Source: an uncultured Thermoplasmata archaeon
Lineage (GTDB): Archaea > Thermoplasmatota > Thermoplasmata > Lutacidiplasmatales > UBA184
Assembly (NCBI GenBank): GCA_963708255.1
Contig: CAVPSE010000002.1
Coordinates: 373,842-437,841, forward strand
Reading direction: 5' to 3'
DNA length: 64,000 bases
In this document: positions 44,196 through 54,805 of the stretch, piece after piece
How the letters are laid out: each line of letters begins with the position of its first letter
Position numbering within the stretch: position 1 is the first letter of the stretch
The notes under the pieces: generated by a model
Database searches by the model: none
What the model saw: only the letters and a program-made list of their open reading frames with translations
Told to the model about the DNA's origin: nothing
Translations under genes and position numbers: made by a program

Positions 44196-44212
44196 CTATA
44201 TAGAGATTTAAT
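44196..44212 (-). promoter_or_regulatory. AT-rich TATA region upstream of the opp-type operon
   Basis: The reverse complement reads ATTAAATCTCTATATAG and lies about 60-75 nt upstream of the oppB ATG (44136). It is the only AT-rich block in the spacer. Confidence 0.45.
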
Positions 44213-44245
44213 GACGCGTAGCACGCCGGAGAGCCGCACGGGCCT

Positions 44246-44623
44246 TCATAGCAGGTCGAGGCTGCCCGTGAGAGCGTCCAGCTCGATTCCCGGTGCGGGG
44301 CCGAGGCCCAGGACCGTCCGGGTCCCCGGGGCAACCTCGGTCAATCCCGCGTCCTCGACGAACACGGCGGGGATCCCATGCGCCTTCGCCTCCCGGGCGA
44401 GGGTCTCCATCTCCGACAGGCTCGGCACCACGAGAGCGATCTTCTTCTGACCCGTCTGGAGCCAGCTGTCCAGGACAGGTCCTCCCCGTCGGACGGCCTC
44501 CTGGTAGAGCATCACGGCCGCGTGGGCGACCTGCACTGCCGCCTTCCCCGACGTAAGTCGAAGCTCCCCCCGGACGACGAACACCATCTTGGGCGGGGGA
44601 CCCCGGGGTCCCTTAGAGGGCAT
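44246..44623 (-). CDS. pth2: Peptidyl-tRNA hydrolase, archaeal type (Pth2)
   Basis: Contains MVFVVRGELRLTSGKAAVQVAHAAV ... WLQTGQKKIALVVPS ... AKAHGIPAVFVEDAGLTEVAPGTRTVLGLGPAP. An alternative start lies at 44587. Confidence 0.88.
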   Translation of the reverse strand: MPSKGPRGPPPKMVFVVRGELRLTSGKAAVQVAHAAVMLYQEAVRRGGPVLDSWLQTGQKKIALVVPSLSEMETLAREAKAHGIPAVFVEDAGLTEVAPGTRTVLGLGPAPGIELDALTGSLDLL

Positions 44624-45150
44624 AGTCAGCCTCCCGGGCACTTCGGAGGGAATCGCGTTCGCGGCCCAGCCGCTCGAGTTCCCCACGGATCCGCTCCGAC
44701 TCGTCGGAGTCCCGGCTCGTTCGGAGCGCATGCTGGAGGCGACGTTCCTCCCGGGCCAGTGCCTCGGCCTGCCGGATCGCCTCCCAGCCTCCGCCCTCAC
44801 CGCCGGATGGGTCCGGAGCCGGGGCGGCCGGTGGGGATCGGGCGAACCCCCGTCGCGCCACCGCGACGACCCCGGCGATCACGGTGACCACCGCGAGGGT
44901 CCCTTCGAGGACCGGATCGGTCCACGCCGCGGAGAACCCGGTCCCGCTCAGGTTGAGGAGGACCGACCCGAAAAGGACCGTATACGCAGTGCTGAGCACG
45001 ACCGATAGGGCGGCGGTCTCGACCGCTCGGGTCAGTCCGTCCGCCCCGGCGACGCGCCATTCAGGGAAGAGGGCCCGCGCGGTGAAGAACCCCGGCAGCA
45101 CGAAGAGCAGGAGGAGGCCGACGACGGTCTCCAACGGGGAGTACCGACAT
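44613..45150 (-). CDS. Hypothetical membrane protein with a charged coiled-coil-like C-terminus; frame break after codon 2
   Basis: ATG at 45148-45150. ATG TCG G TAC TCC reads MS then YSPLETVVGLLLLFVLPGFFTARALFPEW... once one base at GTACC 45141-45145 is skipped. It otherwise appears only as the tail of the run-on ORF 44613..46499. Confidence 0.5.
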
Positions 45151-45159
45151 GGCGGCTCG

Positions 45160-46499
45160 CTACGGCGGGGGGTGCTCCGCCCGAGAACTGTCGTTCGAGC
45201 TGGCGCCGGAGCTTCCGGTTGGATGCGATGCCGTGCGCCGCCTTCCGGGTGGAATCGTAGTACCGGAGCAATGCACGGACCTCCTGGGGTTTCTGGCCGC
45301 TCCCACGGGCGATCCGGTGGATCCGGTCTCCCTTGATCAGGTGGGGATCGTCGAGCTCGCCCGGGGTCATGGAGTCGAGGATCGCCCGGAAGCGGGCGAG
45401 CCGGGCCTGGGTGTCCTTCATCTGACCATCGTCGAGCTTGGCGCCGCCCAGGCTCGGGAAAAGGCACATCAGCTTCGAGAAGGGACCCATCTGTCCCAAC
45501 GAGTCCAGTTGGGCCCGCATGTCCCGGAGCGTGAACCGCCCCGTCATCATCTTCTCGGCGGCCTTCTGCGCCTGGTCCTTGTCCGCGAGCTCCTCGAACC
45601 GCTCGAGGAGGGTCTGGATGTCCCCCATCCCGAGGAGGCGCGAGACGAACCGGGTCGGATCGAACCGCTCGAGCTCGTCCAAGTGTTCGCCGGTCCCGAT
45701 GAACACGATCGGGGCGCCGCTGACGGCGACGGCCGAGAGCGCGCCACCGCCCTTCGCCGAGCCGTCGAGCTTGGTGAGGATGACGCCGGTGAGACCGACG
45801 GCCTGGTGGAAGGCACTGGCGCTCCGGCCAGCGGTTTGTCCCATGGCGGCGTCGAGCACGAGGAGGACCTCGTCCGGCTGGAGGACGGCTTTCACCCGGG
45901 CCAGTTCGGCGATGAGGTCCGGATCGATCCCCGACCGCCCGGCGGTATCGACGATCACGGCGAGATGGGGCGGGAACTTGGCGAGCGCTTCCTGGACGAT
46001 GACCTCGGCTCGCATCTCGCCGCGGTGGCAGTAGAACTCGCACCCGACCTTCTTGGAGAGCTGCTCGAGCTGGTCGACGGCCGCCGGGCGGTGCACGTCG
46101 GCCGCGACGAGGCCCACGCGGACGCCCTTCTTCTGGAAGTAGCGGGCGAGCTTGCCGGCCGTCGTGGTCTTGCCCTGGCCGAACAGGCCCGCCAGGAGGA
46201 TCCTTCGGGGACGCAGCTCGAAGACCCGGTCCTTCCCAAGGATCCCTCGGATCTCCTCGTAGATGATCCGGACCAGGAAATCTCGGACGCTCGCGCCGGC
46301 GGGAGGCTTCTCGTCCTTGGCCCGCTTCTTGACCCGTTGCGTGAGCTCGAGGGCGAGCTGGACGTTGACGTCGGATTGCAGGAGGGCACGCTGGATGTCC
46401 CGCGACGACCTCGTTCAGGAGCTCATCGTCGACCGAGGAGCCCCGGGCGATCTTCTGGAGGACACCGCGGAGGGACTTTCCGAGGGCATCCAGCACCAT
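45160..46499 (-). CDS. srp54: Signal recognition particle protein SRP54; two frame breaks
   Basis: The N-terminus is MVLDALGKSLRGVLQKIARGSSVDDELLNEVV. The rest reads RDIQRALLQSDVNVQLA ... LLAGLFGQGKTTTAGKLA ... VIVDTAGR ... LTKLDGSAKGGGALS ... the M-domain. The breaks lie at about 46398-46408 and in the G6 run at 45167-45172. With one G fewer the ORF ends ...QFSGGAPPP at TAG 45160-45162. Confidence 0.88.
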
Positions 46500-46628
46500 C
46501 GAGCCGCCGCCGGTCCTGACGAGGAGACCGACCCTTCTTTATCTTTGGGGCCCGCCCCGTCCTGAGACGTCGCGACGCCCGTGCGAGGACGACGCACCCG
46601 CGCGTAACGTTCTTAACGCATTCGCAGG

Positions 46629-48104
46629 GTGAGACAGATGGCCCCCATGGTCGCAGCCCCCGCCAACGCCCCGAAGGCGCCACCCCCCAAGCTCAACCCG
46701 GTGCGCGTGCCGATCGTAGAGGAGCCGGTGCCCGTCCGGGTCGAGGATTTCCGGGAGGTCCTGCACGCTTACTCGAAAGAGGACGCGATCCTGGAGGCGA
46801 AGCGGTGCATCCAGTGTCGGCGCCCGTGGTGCGTGGAGGCGTGCCCGATCTCGCAGGATTGCCGCGAGTACATCAAGCTCGTGGCCGACAACGATTTCGA
46901 CGGAGCGGCCCGGGTCACGATCCGCGACAATCCGCTCTCCACCTGCCTCTGCAAGGTCTGCTACCACTACTGCGAGGACTCCTGCGTGGTGAAGAAGAAG
47001 GGCGTCCCCATCGCGATCCGGCACCTCAAGCGGGCCTCCCTCGAGCTGGGGAACGCCGACCTCGCGTACGTCGCCTCCAAGCCGAAGAACCAGCGTGTCG
47101 CCGTCGTCGGCGGGGGACCGGCAGGGATCATGATGGCCTGGGAGCTGGGCATCCGGGGGTACTCGGTCACGGTCTTCGAGCAGGAGAAGTTCCTCGGCGG
47201 GCTCATGCAGACGATCCCCGCTTACCGGATGACCGACGTCGATGTCCAGGTCGACAAGGCAAGGTTCCGGGACCTCGATGTCACCTGGCTCACGGACACC
47301 CGGGTGGGGGTCGACTACCCTCCGCGGGCGCTCCTCCTGCAGGGGTACGAGGCCGTGTTCATCTCGATCGGCACGTCGATGCACCGGGTCCTGAACGTCC
47401 CCGGCGAACAGATCCCCGGCGTCGTGCCCGCCCTGCAGCTGCTCAAGGCGATCAACCATGGCGAGCAGGTCACGGTCGGACAGCGTGTCGTCGTGATCGG
47501 TGGGGGCGACGTCGCGATGGACGCCGTTCGTAGCGCCCTGCGGCTCTCCCATGGTGGCGATGTTACCCTCGTGTACCGGCGTGGGCGGGAGGAGATGCCC
47601 GCCGATCCCGAGGAGATCCACGGGGCTGAACACGAAGGGATCCACTTCCTTTTCCAGCGCGCCCCCGTCGAGATCGTGGGAGACGGCCACGTGACCGGCC
47701 TTGTGGTCCAGACCATGGAGCTGGGACCCCCGGACGCGGGCGGTCGGCGGGCCCCGGTCCCCGTCGTCGGTTCCGAGACGACCCTACCGTGCGATACGGT
47801 CATCGTGGCGGTCGGTCAGAAAGCCGACCTCCGTGGCTTCACACCGGATCTCGATCTCAAGATCACCTCCCAAGGCTGGCCCGAGGGGAAGGGACATGGG
47901 TTCGCGACGTCGATCCCGGGTGTATTCGCGGCGGGGGGACGCTCCGTGGTCTACGCGATGGGGACCGCGACGCAGGCGGCCGAGGCCGTCGACGAGTACC
48001 TTTGCGAGCGCCGGGGAGCTGCGAAGGAGCCGCGCCCCGACCCGCTCGGGGGACCGGAGCCGTACAAGCTGCCCGCAGGGTACACCGCTCCGATTCGGGT
48101 CTGA
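46629..48104 (+). CDS. GltD-family NAD(P)H-dependent oxidoreductase (glutamate synthase small-subunit-like / SudA-like) with Fe-S cluster motifs
   Basis: The Cys clusters are CIQCRRPWCVEACP and CKVCYHYCEDSC. The dinucleotide folds are VAVVGGGPAGIMMA and VVVIGGGDVAMDA, followed by GVFAAGG. The ATG at 46638 lies 28 nt after an AT-rich element and is an alternative start. Confidence 0.8.
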   Translation: MRQMAPMVAAPANAPKAPPPKLNPVRVPIVEEPVPVRVEDFREVLHAYSKEDAILEAKRCIQCRRPWCVEACPISQDCREYIKLVADNDFDGAARVTIRDNPLSTCLCKVCYHYCEDSCVVKKKGVPIAIRHLKRASLELGNADLAYVASKPKNQRVAVVGGGPAGIMMAWELGIRGYSVTVFEQEKFLGGLMQTIPAYRMTDVDVQVDKARFRDLDVTWLTDTRVGVDYPPRALLLQGYEAVFISIGTSMHRVLNVPGEQIPGVVPALQLLKAINHGEQVTVGQRVVVIGGGDVAMDAVRSALRLSHGGDVTLVYRRGREEMPADPEEIHGAEHEGIHFLFQRAPVEIVGDGHVTGLVVQTMELGPPDAGGRRAPVPVVGSETTLPCDTVIVAVGQKADLRGFTPDLDLKITSQGWPEGKGHGFATSIPGVFAAGGRSVVYAMGTATQAAEAVDEYLCERRGAAKEPRPDPLGGPEPYKLPAGYTAPIRV

Positions 48105-48133
48105 ACGGACGGGCGCGCTCGGCCCCCAAACCC

Positions 48134-48140
48134 CTTTATC
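48134..48140 (+). promoter_or_regulatory. TATA box for the third S53 gene
   Basis: CTTTATC lies about 30 nt upstream of the TTG at 48166. Confidence 0.45.
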
Positions 48141-48165
48141 GAGCCGGCCCCCATCGAGAACTCGT

Positions 48166-50882
48166 TTGTCGCAGGTACGCGGACCGGTCCGAATCGCCGG
48201 GCTTCTGCTCGCTGCACTGCTCCTGACCCTCCCGGGGACGTTAGCTTCCGGCGCCCGGTGTCGGCCGGACCGGCGGGGGCCGCCCTCCATCCTGGATCGG
48301 CTCTGACCAGCGTGGCCCCATCCGAGCTCGCCCAGATCCTCAGCGAACCGTGGACCGCCCGGGCGGGGTACGACCCGACCATCGCGGGGGCGGTCGACGG
48401 GGTGACCCCCGTTTCCGGCGGAGACATCCCGGTCGTGCTCACGCTTCAGCCGGCCAACCCCGATTTCCTGTCGGCGTCCGCCGGACCCTCGCTCAATCAG
48501 AGCCAGATTGGGACGGAGTACGGGGTCTCGGCGTCGTCGTACTCGGCCCTGATCCAGTACTTCACCGCTCGCGGGCTCACCGTGAGCCACACGTGGCCCA
48601 ATCGGCTGTTCCTATCGCTGGAGGGAACCGCCTCCGCGATCGGGGCCGCTTTCGGGACGACGCTCGAGGCGGGGACGTATGGCGGTCGGGCGGTCCAGTT
48701 CCCGATGACGGCTCCATCGCTCCCGCCGGCATTGCAGCTCGAGATTTCGGCGGTCTCGGGACTTAGCCAGGGGTTCACTCCGTTCACGGTCCCGCTGCTG
48801 CCGGCCGGTATAACGCACCCTGCCCAGGGTCGGACCACCACGACCGTCACCCCCTCCGCGGCCCACCTCCTCTATGGTCTCAATGGGCTCTACAACTACT
48901 CGGGCGGCCCGCGGTGGGCGACCGGGGTGGGGATCGCTACGATCCTCTGGGGCGAAGGGTACGACCCGGCCGACCTCCGGGGGTTCTTCGCGAGCTACTA
49001 CCCAGGGGGGTTCCCGGCCGTCACGATCCAGGCGTACCCCGTGGACGGCGCCCAGGCGCCCTCGGCGAGCGCGCTCAACGACCCGAGCAATGTCACCTCC
49101 GAGATGACGCTCGATATCGAATGGGCGGGGTCCGCCGCGCCCGGGGCCACCATCGACGCCGTGTACGCCCCGGACGGGCCCGCCTCCGACGGATACTCCC
49201 CGACCGACGCATCGCTCGAAGACGCCCTGAACACCGCGAGCCAGCAGGTCTCCGGGGTCCAGGTCATCAGCATGTCGTTCGGGAGCCCCGACGGCCAGGA
49301 CCTTTCGTTCCAGGCCGCGTACGAGACGGCGCTGAAGGCCGCGCAGATGGCGGGCCAGACCGTGCTCGTCGCCTCCGGGGACAACGGTGGCGTCGCCGGT
49401 TCCGCCTGCAATGGGGTGCTCGCGCCGGAGTACCCGGCCGCTTCCCAGTGGGTCGTCGCCGTCGGCGGGACGGCCCCGGTCATCAGTGAGAACGCCTTGG
49501 GCACCGTGACAGGGCTCGATAGTGAGGGGGCGTGGAACCGCTCCGGTGGGGGATACTCCCTCACCTATGCCAATCCCTCCTGGCAGTTGACGGGCTCCGG
49601 CCCCGGGCCTTCGCAGACGAAGCATCGCGGGATCCCCGACGTGGCGGGCCCGGCGCAGGACAACATCTTCTACTTCAACGGCGCCGAGGCGGCGGGAGCG
49701 GGCACCAGCTTCGCCGCGCCGTTCTGGGCCGGCATCGTCGCGGAGATGGACTCGATCCGGGGGAGCTCCCTGGGGTGGATCACGCCACGGCTCTACTCGG
49801 TCGGCCTGGATGAGCAGAAAGGGACCGCCGCCCCCGGTATCGCCGATGTCACCGGGGGCGGCAACTGCCTTGGGACCGCCACGGCCGGCTGGGACACCGC
49901 GACCGGCTGGGGGACGCCACGGGCCAGTTTCCTCTACCCGGACCTCGTCCAGACGTTCGTCAACGTTACCCTCAGTACGTCCGCGTCCAGTGTTGCGCCG
50001 GGGGGCTCGTTCTCGGCCCTGGCGACGATCACGAACGCGACCGACCATGTTCCCCTCGCGGGCCTCAACGTCACGATCACGGTGGACACGCCCGGGTATG
50101 TCGGACCGTGCGGAGGCCCGTTCGCGAACACCCCCCTGATCACGGACTCCAACGGGACGGTCTCGGCCAGCGTGTCGATCCCGAGCTGCTACCTGGGGTC
50201 GTCGGCGGCGGTCACCGCCACCGTCTCCGGCAAGTTCTACGGCACGAGCTCGCTGACCGTCCACGTCAATCTCGTGGGGCTTTCCAAGCTCCTCGCGATC
50301 GTCCAGGTGTTCCCGTACAACGTTCTCACCTTCGCCGTCCTCGTCATCCTCGTCGCGGTCGTCGGCTGGCGGATCGGGGAATGGAATCACCGCCGTCGCA
50401 TGCGGAAGTCGCTCGGGAACGGTCCTCCCGCGGCGCGTCCGCGTCCCGCGCCGCCGGTGGCGACCCCACCGCCGGCCTCCACCGCCGCGCTGCCCGTGGC
50501 CGCTGCTCCGGTCGTCTCCGCCGTCGCACCCGCTCCTGAAACGCCACTCCCCGACGGGCCGGGAACTACGGTGGCTCTGGAACCCAGCCAGACAGCGCCC
50601 GTGACGGGGGAACCAGTTCCGACGGGCGCGCCGGAGCCGACCGCGGAGGAGGCACCGACCGATGCGGCCCCGGCCGAGGTCGAAGTCCCCGACCATGTCG
50701 CCGGCACCTCGGAGTGGACCGCCCCGCCCCCCGTGGGCGACGCCGCCCCGGGCTCCCCCGAGGTGCCCGACCATGTGGCCGGCTTCCCCGGCCCGACCCC
50801 ACCCGCGCTCTGCCCCAGCTGCGGGGCCGCCCTCCCCGGCGACTCGGTCACCTGCCCGAACTGCGGCGCGTCCGTATCGTAG
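48166..50882 (+). CDS. Secreted S53 (sedolisin-type) peptidase with a C-terminal TM anchor and a Pro/Ala-rich cytoplasmic tail ending in a zinc ribbon; one frame break after the signal peptide
   Basis: The signal peptide, in the frame of ORF 47701..48306, is RIAGLLLAALLLTLPGTLASGA. ORF 48258..50882 then carries a prodomain (IQYFTARGLTVSH...SLEGTASAIGAAFGT) and the S53 motifs SEMTLDIEWAGS, VASGDNGG and GAGTSFAAPFWAGIVA. The TM is VLTFAVLVILVAVVGW and the tail ends CPSCGAALPGDSVTCPNCG. The break lies at the C-run 48254-48256, consistent with one missing C. Confidence 0.85.
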
Positions 50883-50894
50883 CGAGGGAGCATC

Positions 50895-50902
50895 CCTATA
50901 GC
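50895..50902 (+). promoter_or_regulatory. TATA box for ACT-domain gene 1
   Basis: CCTATAGC lies about 30 nt upstream of the GTG at 50926. Confidence 0.45.
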
Positions 50903-50925
50903 CCGCAGCCCCGTCCGCGACTCCT

Positions 50926-51660
50926 GTGCCCGCGGCGCGGACCGGCGTGACGGCGGCCGACGCAAGTCGCGCCTACGTAGACGACCACCCGTCCATCCGC
51001 GAGGTGCTGCGCGCCGACCTGCTCAACTACACGGCCCTCGCCCGGAAGCTCCGCGCCGAGCTGGACCTACGGAACGAGGAGGCGGTGACGATCGCCTGTC
51101 GACGCTACCAGCGGGAGCTCGCGACGGACCGGCCCGAGCTGGCGGCGATCCGACAGCTCCTCTCCGAGAGCCGCCTGCAGGTCCGCTCGGGCGTAGCGCT
51201 CGTCCGGGTCCGCGATGAGTTCGAGGTCGCTCCCCGGCTCCTCGATCTCGCCCGTCGGACGCTGCCCTCCCACGGTCCGAGTCAGGTGTTCCAGGTGTAC
51301 CAGGGCACCCGCGCGACGACGATCCTCTGCCAGGAGAGCTTCCTCTCGACCCTTCTCCCTGAGATCCCGGCCCGCCTTCGGATGGGGGTGGAGAAGGGCC
51401 TCGCGATCATCGCCTTCCGGAGCAGCCCCACCGTGGCGGAGACTCCCGGCGTCCTCGCGTACATGGCGGAGGCCCTCTACCAGAGCGGGATCAACTGCCT
51501 CGAGACGGTCAGCGTGCACACCGACTCGATGTTCCTGTTCCGGGACCGGGACGTGATCCGCGCCTACCAGGTTCTCTCGTCCCTCGTACCGGCGGCCTCC
51601 CGCAGCGTGCCGGCCACCGGCGCCGGAGTCGCCCGGGCAACACTCCAGTCCCGAGAGTGA
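50926..51660 (+). CDS. ACT-domain protein, putative amino-acid-responsive regulator (COG2150-like); paralog 1
   Basis: A 244-aa ORF. The N-terminal helix-rich part is YVDDHPSIREVLRADLLNYTALARKL. The C-terminal ACT-like part is ETPGVLAYMAEALYQSGINCLETVSVHTDSMFLFRDRDVIRAYQVL. It lies directly upstream of argC, and the paralog is at 58109. Confidence 0.6.
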   Translation: MPAARTGVTAADASRAYVDDHPSIREVLRADLLNYTALARKLRAELDLRNEEAVTIACRRYQRELATDRPELAAIRQLLSESRLQVRSGVALVRVRDEFEVAPRLLDLARRTLPSHGPSQVFQVYQGTRATTILCQESFLSTLLPEIPARLRMGVEKGLAIIAFRSSPTVAETPGVLAYMAEALYQSGINCLETVSVHTDSMFLFRDRDVIRAYQVLSSLVPAASRSVPATGAGVARATLQSRE

Positions 51661-51718
51661 CCCAAGCGGGACACCACGCTCAAGGGTGGGGGGCGCCCAT
51701 TTCCCCTTCTCCAACGAA

Positions 51719-52729
51719 ATGGCGACCGCGGTGGTGCTCGGCGCGAGCGGGTACCTCGGTGGGGAGTTGCTGCGTCTTCTCAGTGATCATCCCGAGATCG
51801 ACGTAGTGGCCGCGGTTTCCCAGAGCCAGGCGGGGAAGCGGCTCGGCGACGTTGCCCCGAACCTGGGCCGTTTCGAGGACCTTGTGCTCCTCCCGGACGC
51901 GTCCTCGGTCAACGCCGACCTGGCGTTCCTCGCCCAGCCCGCGGGAGAGGCGTTGCGCACGGCGCCCGGCCTGCTCGAGCGCGGCATCCGAGTGATCGAT
52001 CTAGGGGCCGACTACCGGATCCAGGACGCCGCTCAGTATGAGCGGGCCTACGGACGGCCCCACACCGATCCCGAGAACCTTGCGAAGGCGGCCTACGGGC
52101 TTCCGGAGCTGTTCCGATCAGAGATCGCCGGGGCGCGCCTGGTCGCGAACCCCGGCTGCTACCCGACCGCGACGCTGCTCGCGCTGGCACCCTTGGTCAA
52201 GCGGGGCCTCCTCGCCGGGCCGGTCGTCGTCGACGCCAAGAGCGGCACGTCGGGCGCCGGAGCGGCGCCGAGCGTGACGAGCCACCACCCCGAGGCGGCC
52301 GGCACCGTCTGGCCGTACGGCCTCCCGGTCCACCGCCACCTACCCGAGATGGAGGGGATCCTTGGTCGGATAGGGCCGGCCCCTTCGCTCGTTTTCGTCC
52401 CGCACATGGTCCCCCTCGTGCGAGGGATCCTGTGTTCGATCTACCCGACCGCTCGTGACACTTTCGACGCCTCCGCCTGGGCCGGTTACCTTGCCGATGC
52501 GTACGCAGGGAGCCCGTTCGTCCGCGTCGGCGCCGTCCCCCGGATGCCGTGGGCGAGCGGAACGAACCGGTGTTACCTCTCGGTGAGCTCGGTCGGCGCG
52601 GCTCCCGTTCTCTTCAGTGTGCTCGATAATCTCGGCAAGGGCGGGGCGGCCCAGGCGATCCAGAACGCGAACATCCTCTTCGGCTGGGACGAACGGACCG
52701 GCCTCGGTCGCTCGGGGTTCGGGATCTAG
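51719..52729 (+). CDS. argC: N-acetyl-gamma-glutamyl-phosphate reductase
   Basis: Contains VVLGASGYLGGELLRLL and VANPGCYPTATLLALAPL (active-site Cys), then DAKSGTSGAG, HRHLPE and DNLGKGGAAQAIQNAN. The ORF opens at 51686; the ATG at 51719 is preferred. Confidence 0.92.
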   Translation: MATAVVLGASGYLGGELLRLLSDHPEIDVVAAVSQSQAGKRLGDVAPNLGRFEDLVLLPDASSVNADLAFLAQPAGEALRTAPGLLERGIRVIDLGADYRIQDAAQYERAYGRPHTDPENLAKAAYGLPELFRSEIAGARLVANPGCYPTATLLALAPLVKRGLLAGPVVVDAKSGTSGAGAAPSVTSHHPEAAGTVWPYGLPVHRHLPEMEGILGRIGPAPSLVFVPHMVPLVRGILCSIYPTARDTFDASAWAGYLADAYAGSPFVRVGAVPRMPWASGTNRCYLSVSSVGAAPVLFSVLDNLGKGGAAQAIQNANILFGWDERTGLGRSGFGI

Positions 52730-53973
52730 ATGCTGACCATCGCAGGGGGCGTCACGGCACCGAAGGGGTTCCGGGCCGGTGGAGTGAGCTGTGGCATCAA
52801 GCGCAGCGGCCGGCCGGACCTGTCGGCGGTCGTCTCCGAGACGGTCTGCACGGCGGCCGGTGTCTTCACGACGAACAGGGTCCGCGCCGCCCCGGTCGAG
52901 ATCGGGGAGGGACTTCTCCGGACCTCCCGGGACCGGATCCGAGGCGTCCTCGCGATCTCCGGTGTCGCCAACGCGATGACCGGCGCCGAAGGGATCTCCG
53001 ACAATCGGGTGGTCCTCGCCGCCGCCGAGCAGGCCCTCGGGCTCCCCGAAGGGAGCCTGCTGCCCCAGTGCACCGGCGTGATCGGTCCCAGGATCCCCAT
53101 GGAGAAGGTCCTGGCCGGGCTCCCGCACCTGTCGAACGGCCTGACCGGCGGCCTCGAGGGCGGCGAGCGCGCGGCCCACGCGATCCTCACCACCGACACG
53201 CGGTCGAAGGAGGCCGCGGTCCAGGTCCGTCTTCGGGGCGGCGGCACCGTCCGTATCGCCGGGATGGCGAAGGGGAGCGGGATGATCGCGCCCCGGATGG
53301 CCGCGCCCCACGCCACCACGCTGGCCACGGTCACCACCGACGCGTCGATCGACGCCGGCGCCTTGGGGACCCTGTTGGCCAAGGGCGCGGACGCGACCTT
53401 CAACATGATCAGCGTCGACGGCGACACCAGCACGAACGACACGGTCTACGCTCTCGCGAACGGCGCGAGCGGAACTCCGGACGCGTCGGACGACCCGGGG
53501 TTCCGGGCGGGGCTTTACGCGGTGCTCGAGTCCCTCGCGAAGCAAGTGGCCCACGACGGTGAAGGGGCCACCAAGCTCCTGACGGTCCATGTGAAAGGCG
53601 CCCGGAACGTGGCCGACGCCCGGGCGGCGGCGCGGGCTGTCGTCTCCTCCACCCTCGTGAAGGCCGCGCTGTTCGGCGCGGACCCGAACGTGGGCCGCAT
53701 TGCCTGCGCCCTCGGGTACTCCGGGGCACGCCTCGACCCGGCCGACATCAGCGTCTCGATCCTCCGCCCCCGGACCCGGTTCCTCTGATCGTCGATGGCC
53801 GTCCCGCGCCGGGCCTCGACAACGGCGGGGGCCAGCGGGTCCGAGACCTGTTGCGCCAGCTCGACGAGGTCCCCTTAGAGGTCCGCTTGAAGGAAGGGCG
53901 GGCGTCGGCCACGGCCTGGGGCTGCGACCTCTCCTACGCTTACGTCCAGATCAACGCGGCGTACCGAACATGA
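52730..53973 (+). CDS. argJ: Bifunctional glutamate N-acetyltransferase / amino-acid acetyltransferase ArgJ; frame break(s) near the C-terminus
   Basis: Contains [61 protein letters not shown] (autoproteolytic T) and [11 protein letters not shown]. After ...ISVSI the proper end, [13 protein letters not shown]...[19 protein letters not shown], is in another frame, with its stop at 53971-53973. The break lies at about 53765-53785. Confidence 0.9.
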
Positions 53974-54805
53974 ACCGAACGAACGAACCCTGGGTCCTGA
54001 AGGTCGGCGGCCGGGAGCTTCTCCCGGGCCGGCTCTTGCCGAGCTCTCGACGATCGTCGCCCGCGCGGTCGGTGCCGGACGTTCGCTGGTGGTCGTCCAC
54101 GGCGGTGGCGATGAGGTCACCGACCGGGCCGCCGAGCTGGGCCTCCCGACGGAGAAGATCGGGGGGCAGCGTGTCACCAACGACGCGATGCTCGAGGTCG
54201 TCAGCGAGGTGCTGGTCGGTCGGGTCGGGGTCCGGCTCGTGAACGCCCTCGAGGGGGCGGGGGTGCCAGCGGTCGGGCTCTCGGGCCTCTCCGGCCAGAT
54301 GCTCCGCGTCGTCCCCGGGGGTCACCCACCGGGAAGCCTCGGCTGGGTGGGCGTCCCGGCCCACGTGCGACCCACGCTCCTCCACCGCTTGCTCGACGAC
54401 GGCCTGACCCCCGTCATCGCCCCGCTGGGGACCGACGGGAACGGCGGCGTGTACAACGTCAACGCCGACGTGGCGGCCGGGGCGATCGCCGCCTCGCTCG
54501 GGGCCCACCTTGTTCTCCTCACGGATGTTCCAGCGGTCCGAGGACCGGACGGGTCCCCCGTCGAGGAGCTGGCCGAGAGCCGCGCTCGCCAGCTGCTCGC
54601 GGCCGGCACGGCCCGCGATGGGATGATCCCGAAATTGGAGGCTGCGATCTCCGGCCTTCGGGGTGGCGCGAGCTCGGTCTGGATCGGCAACCTCTCGGGT
54701 CTCACCGAGGATGGGCCACGACCCGGCGCCGGCACGCGGGTCGTCCGCGGGCCACGTCTCGCGGGGTCCGTCGCGCACCGGCCCCTCCACCAGGGGAACG
54801 CATGA
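53970..54805 (+). CDS. argB: Acetylglutamate kinase; one frame break near the N-terminus
   Basis: The ATGA start overlaps the argJ stop. It reads [20 protein letters not shown], then (frame of ORF 54089..54805) [30 protein letters not shown] ... GQRVT ... VIAPLG ... [13 protein letters not shown] ... GMIPKL. The break is at 54027-54031, where a C-run is one base short. Confidence 0.9.
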
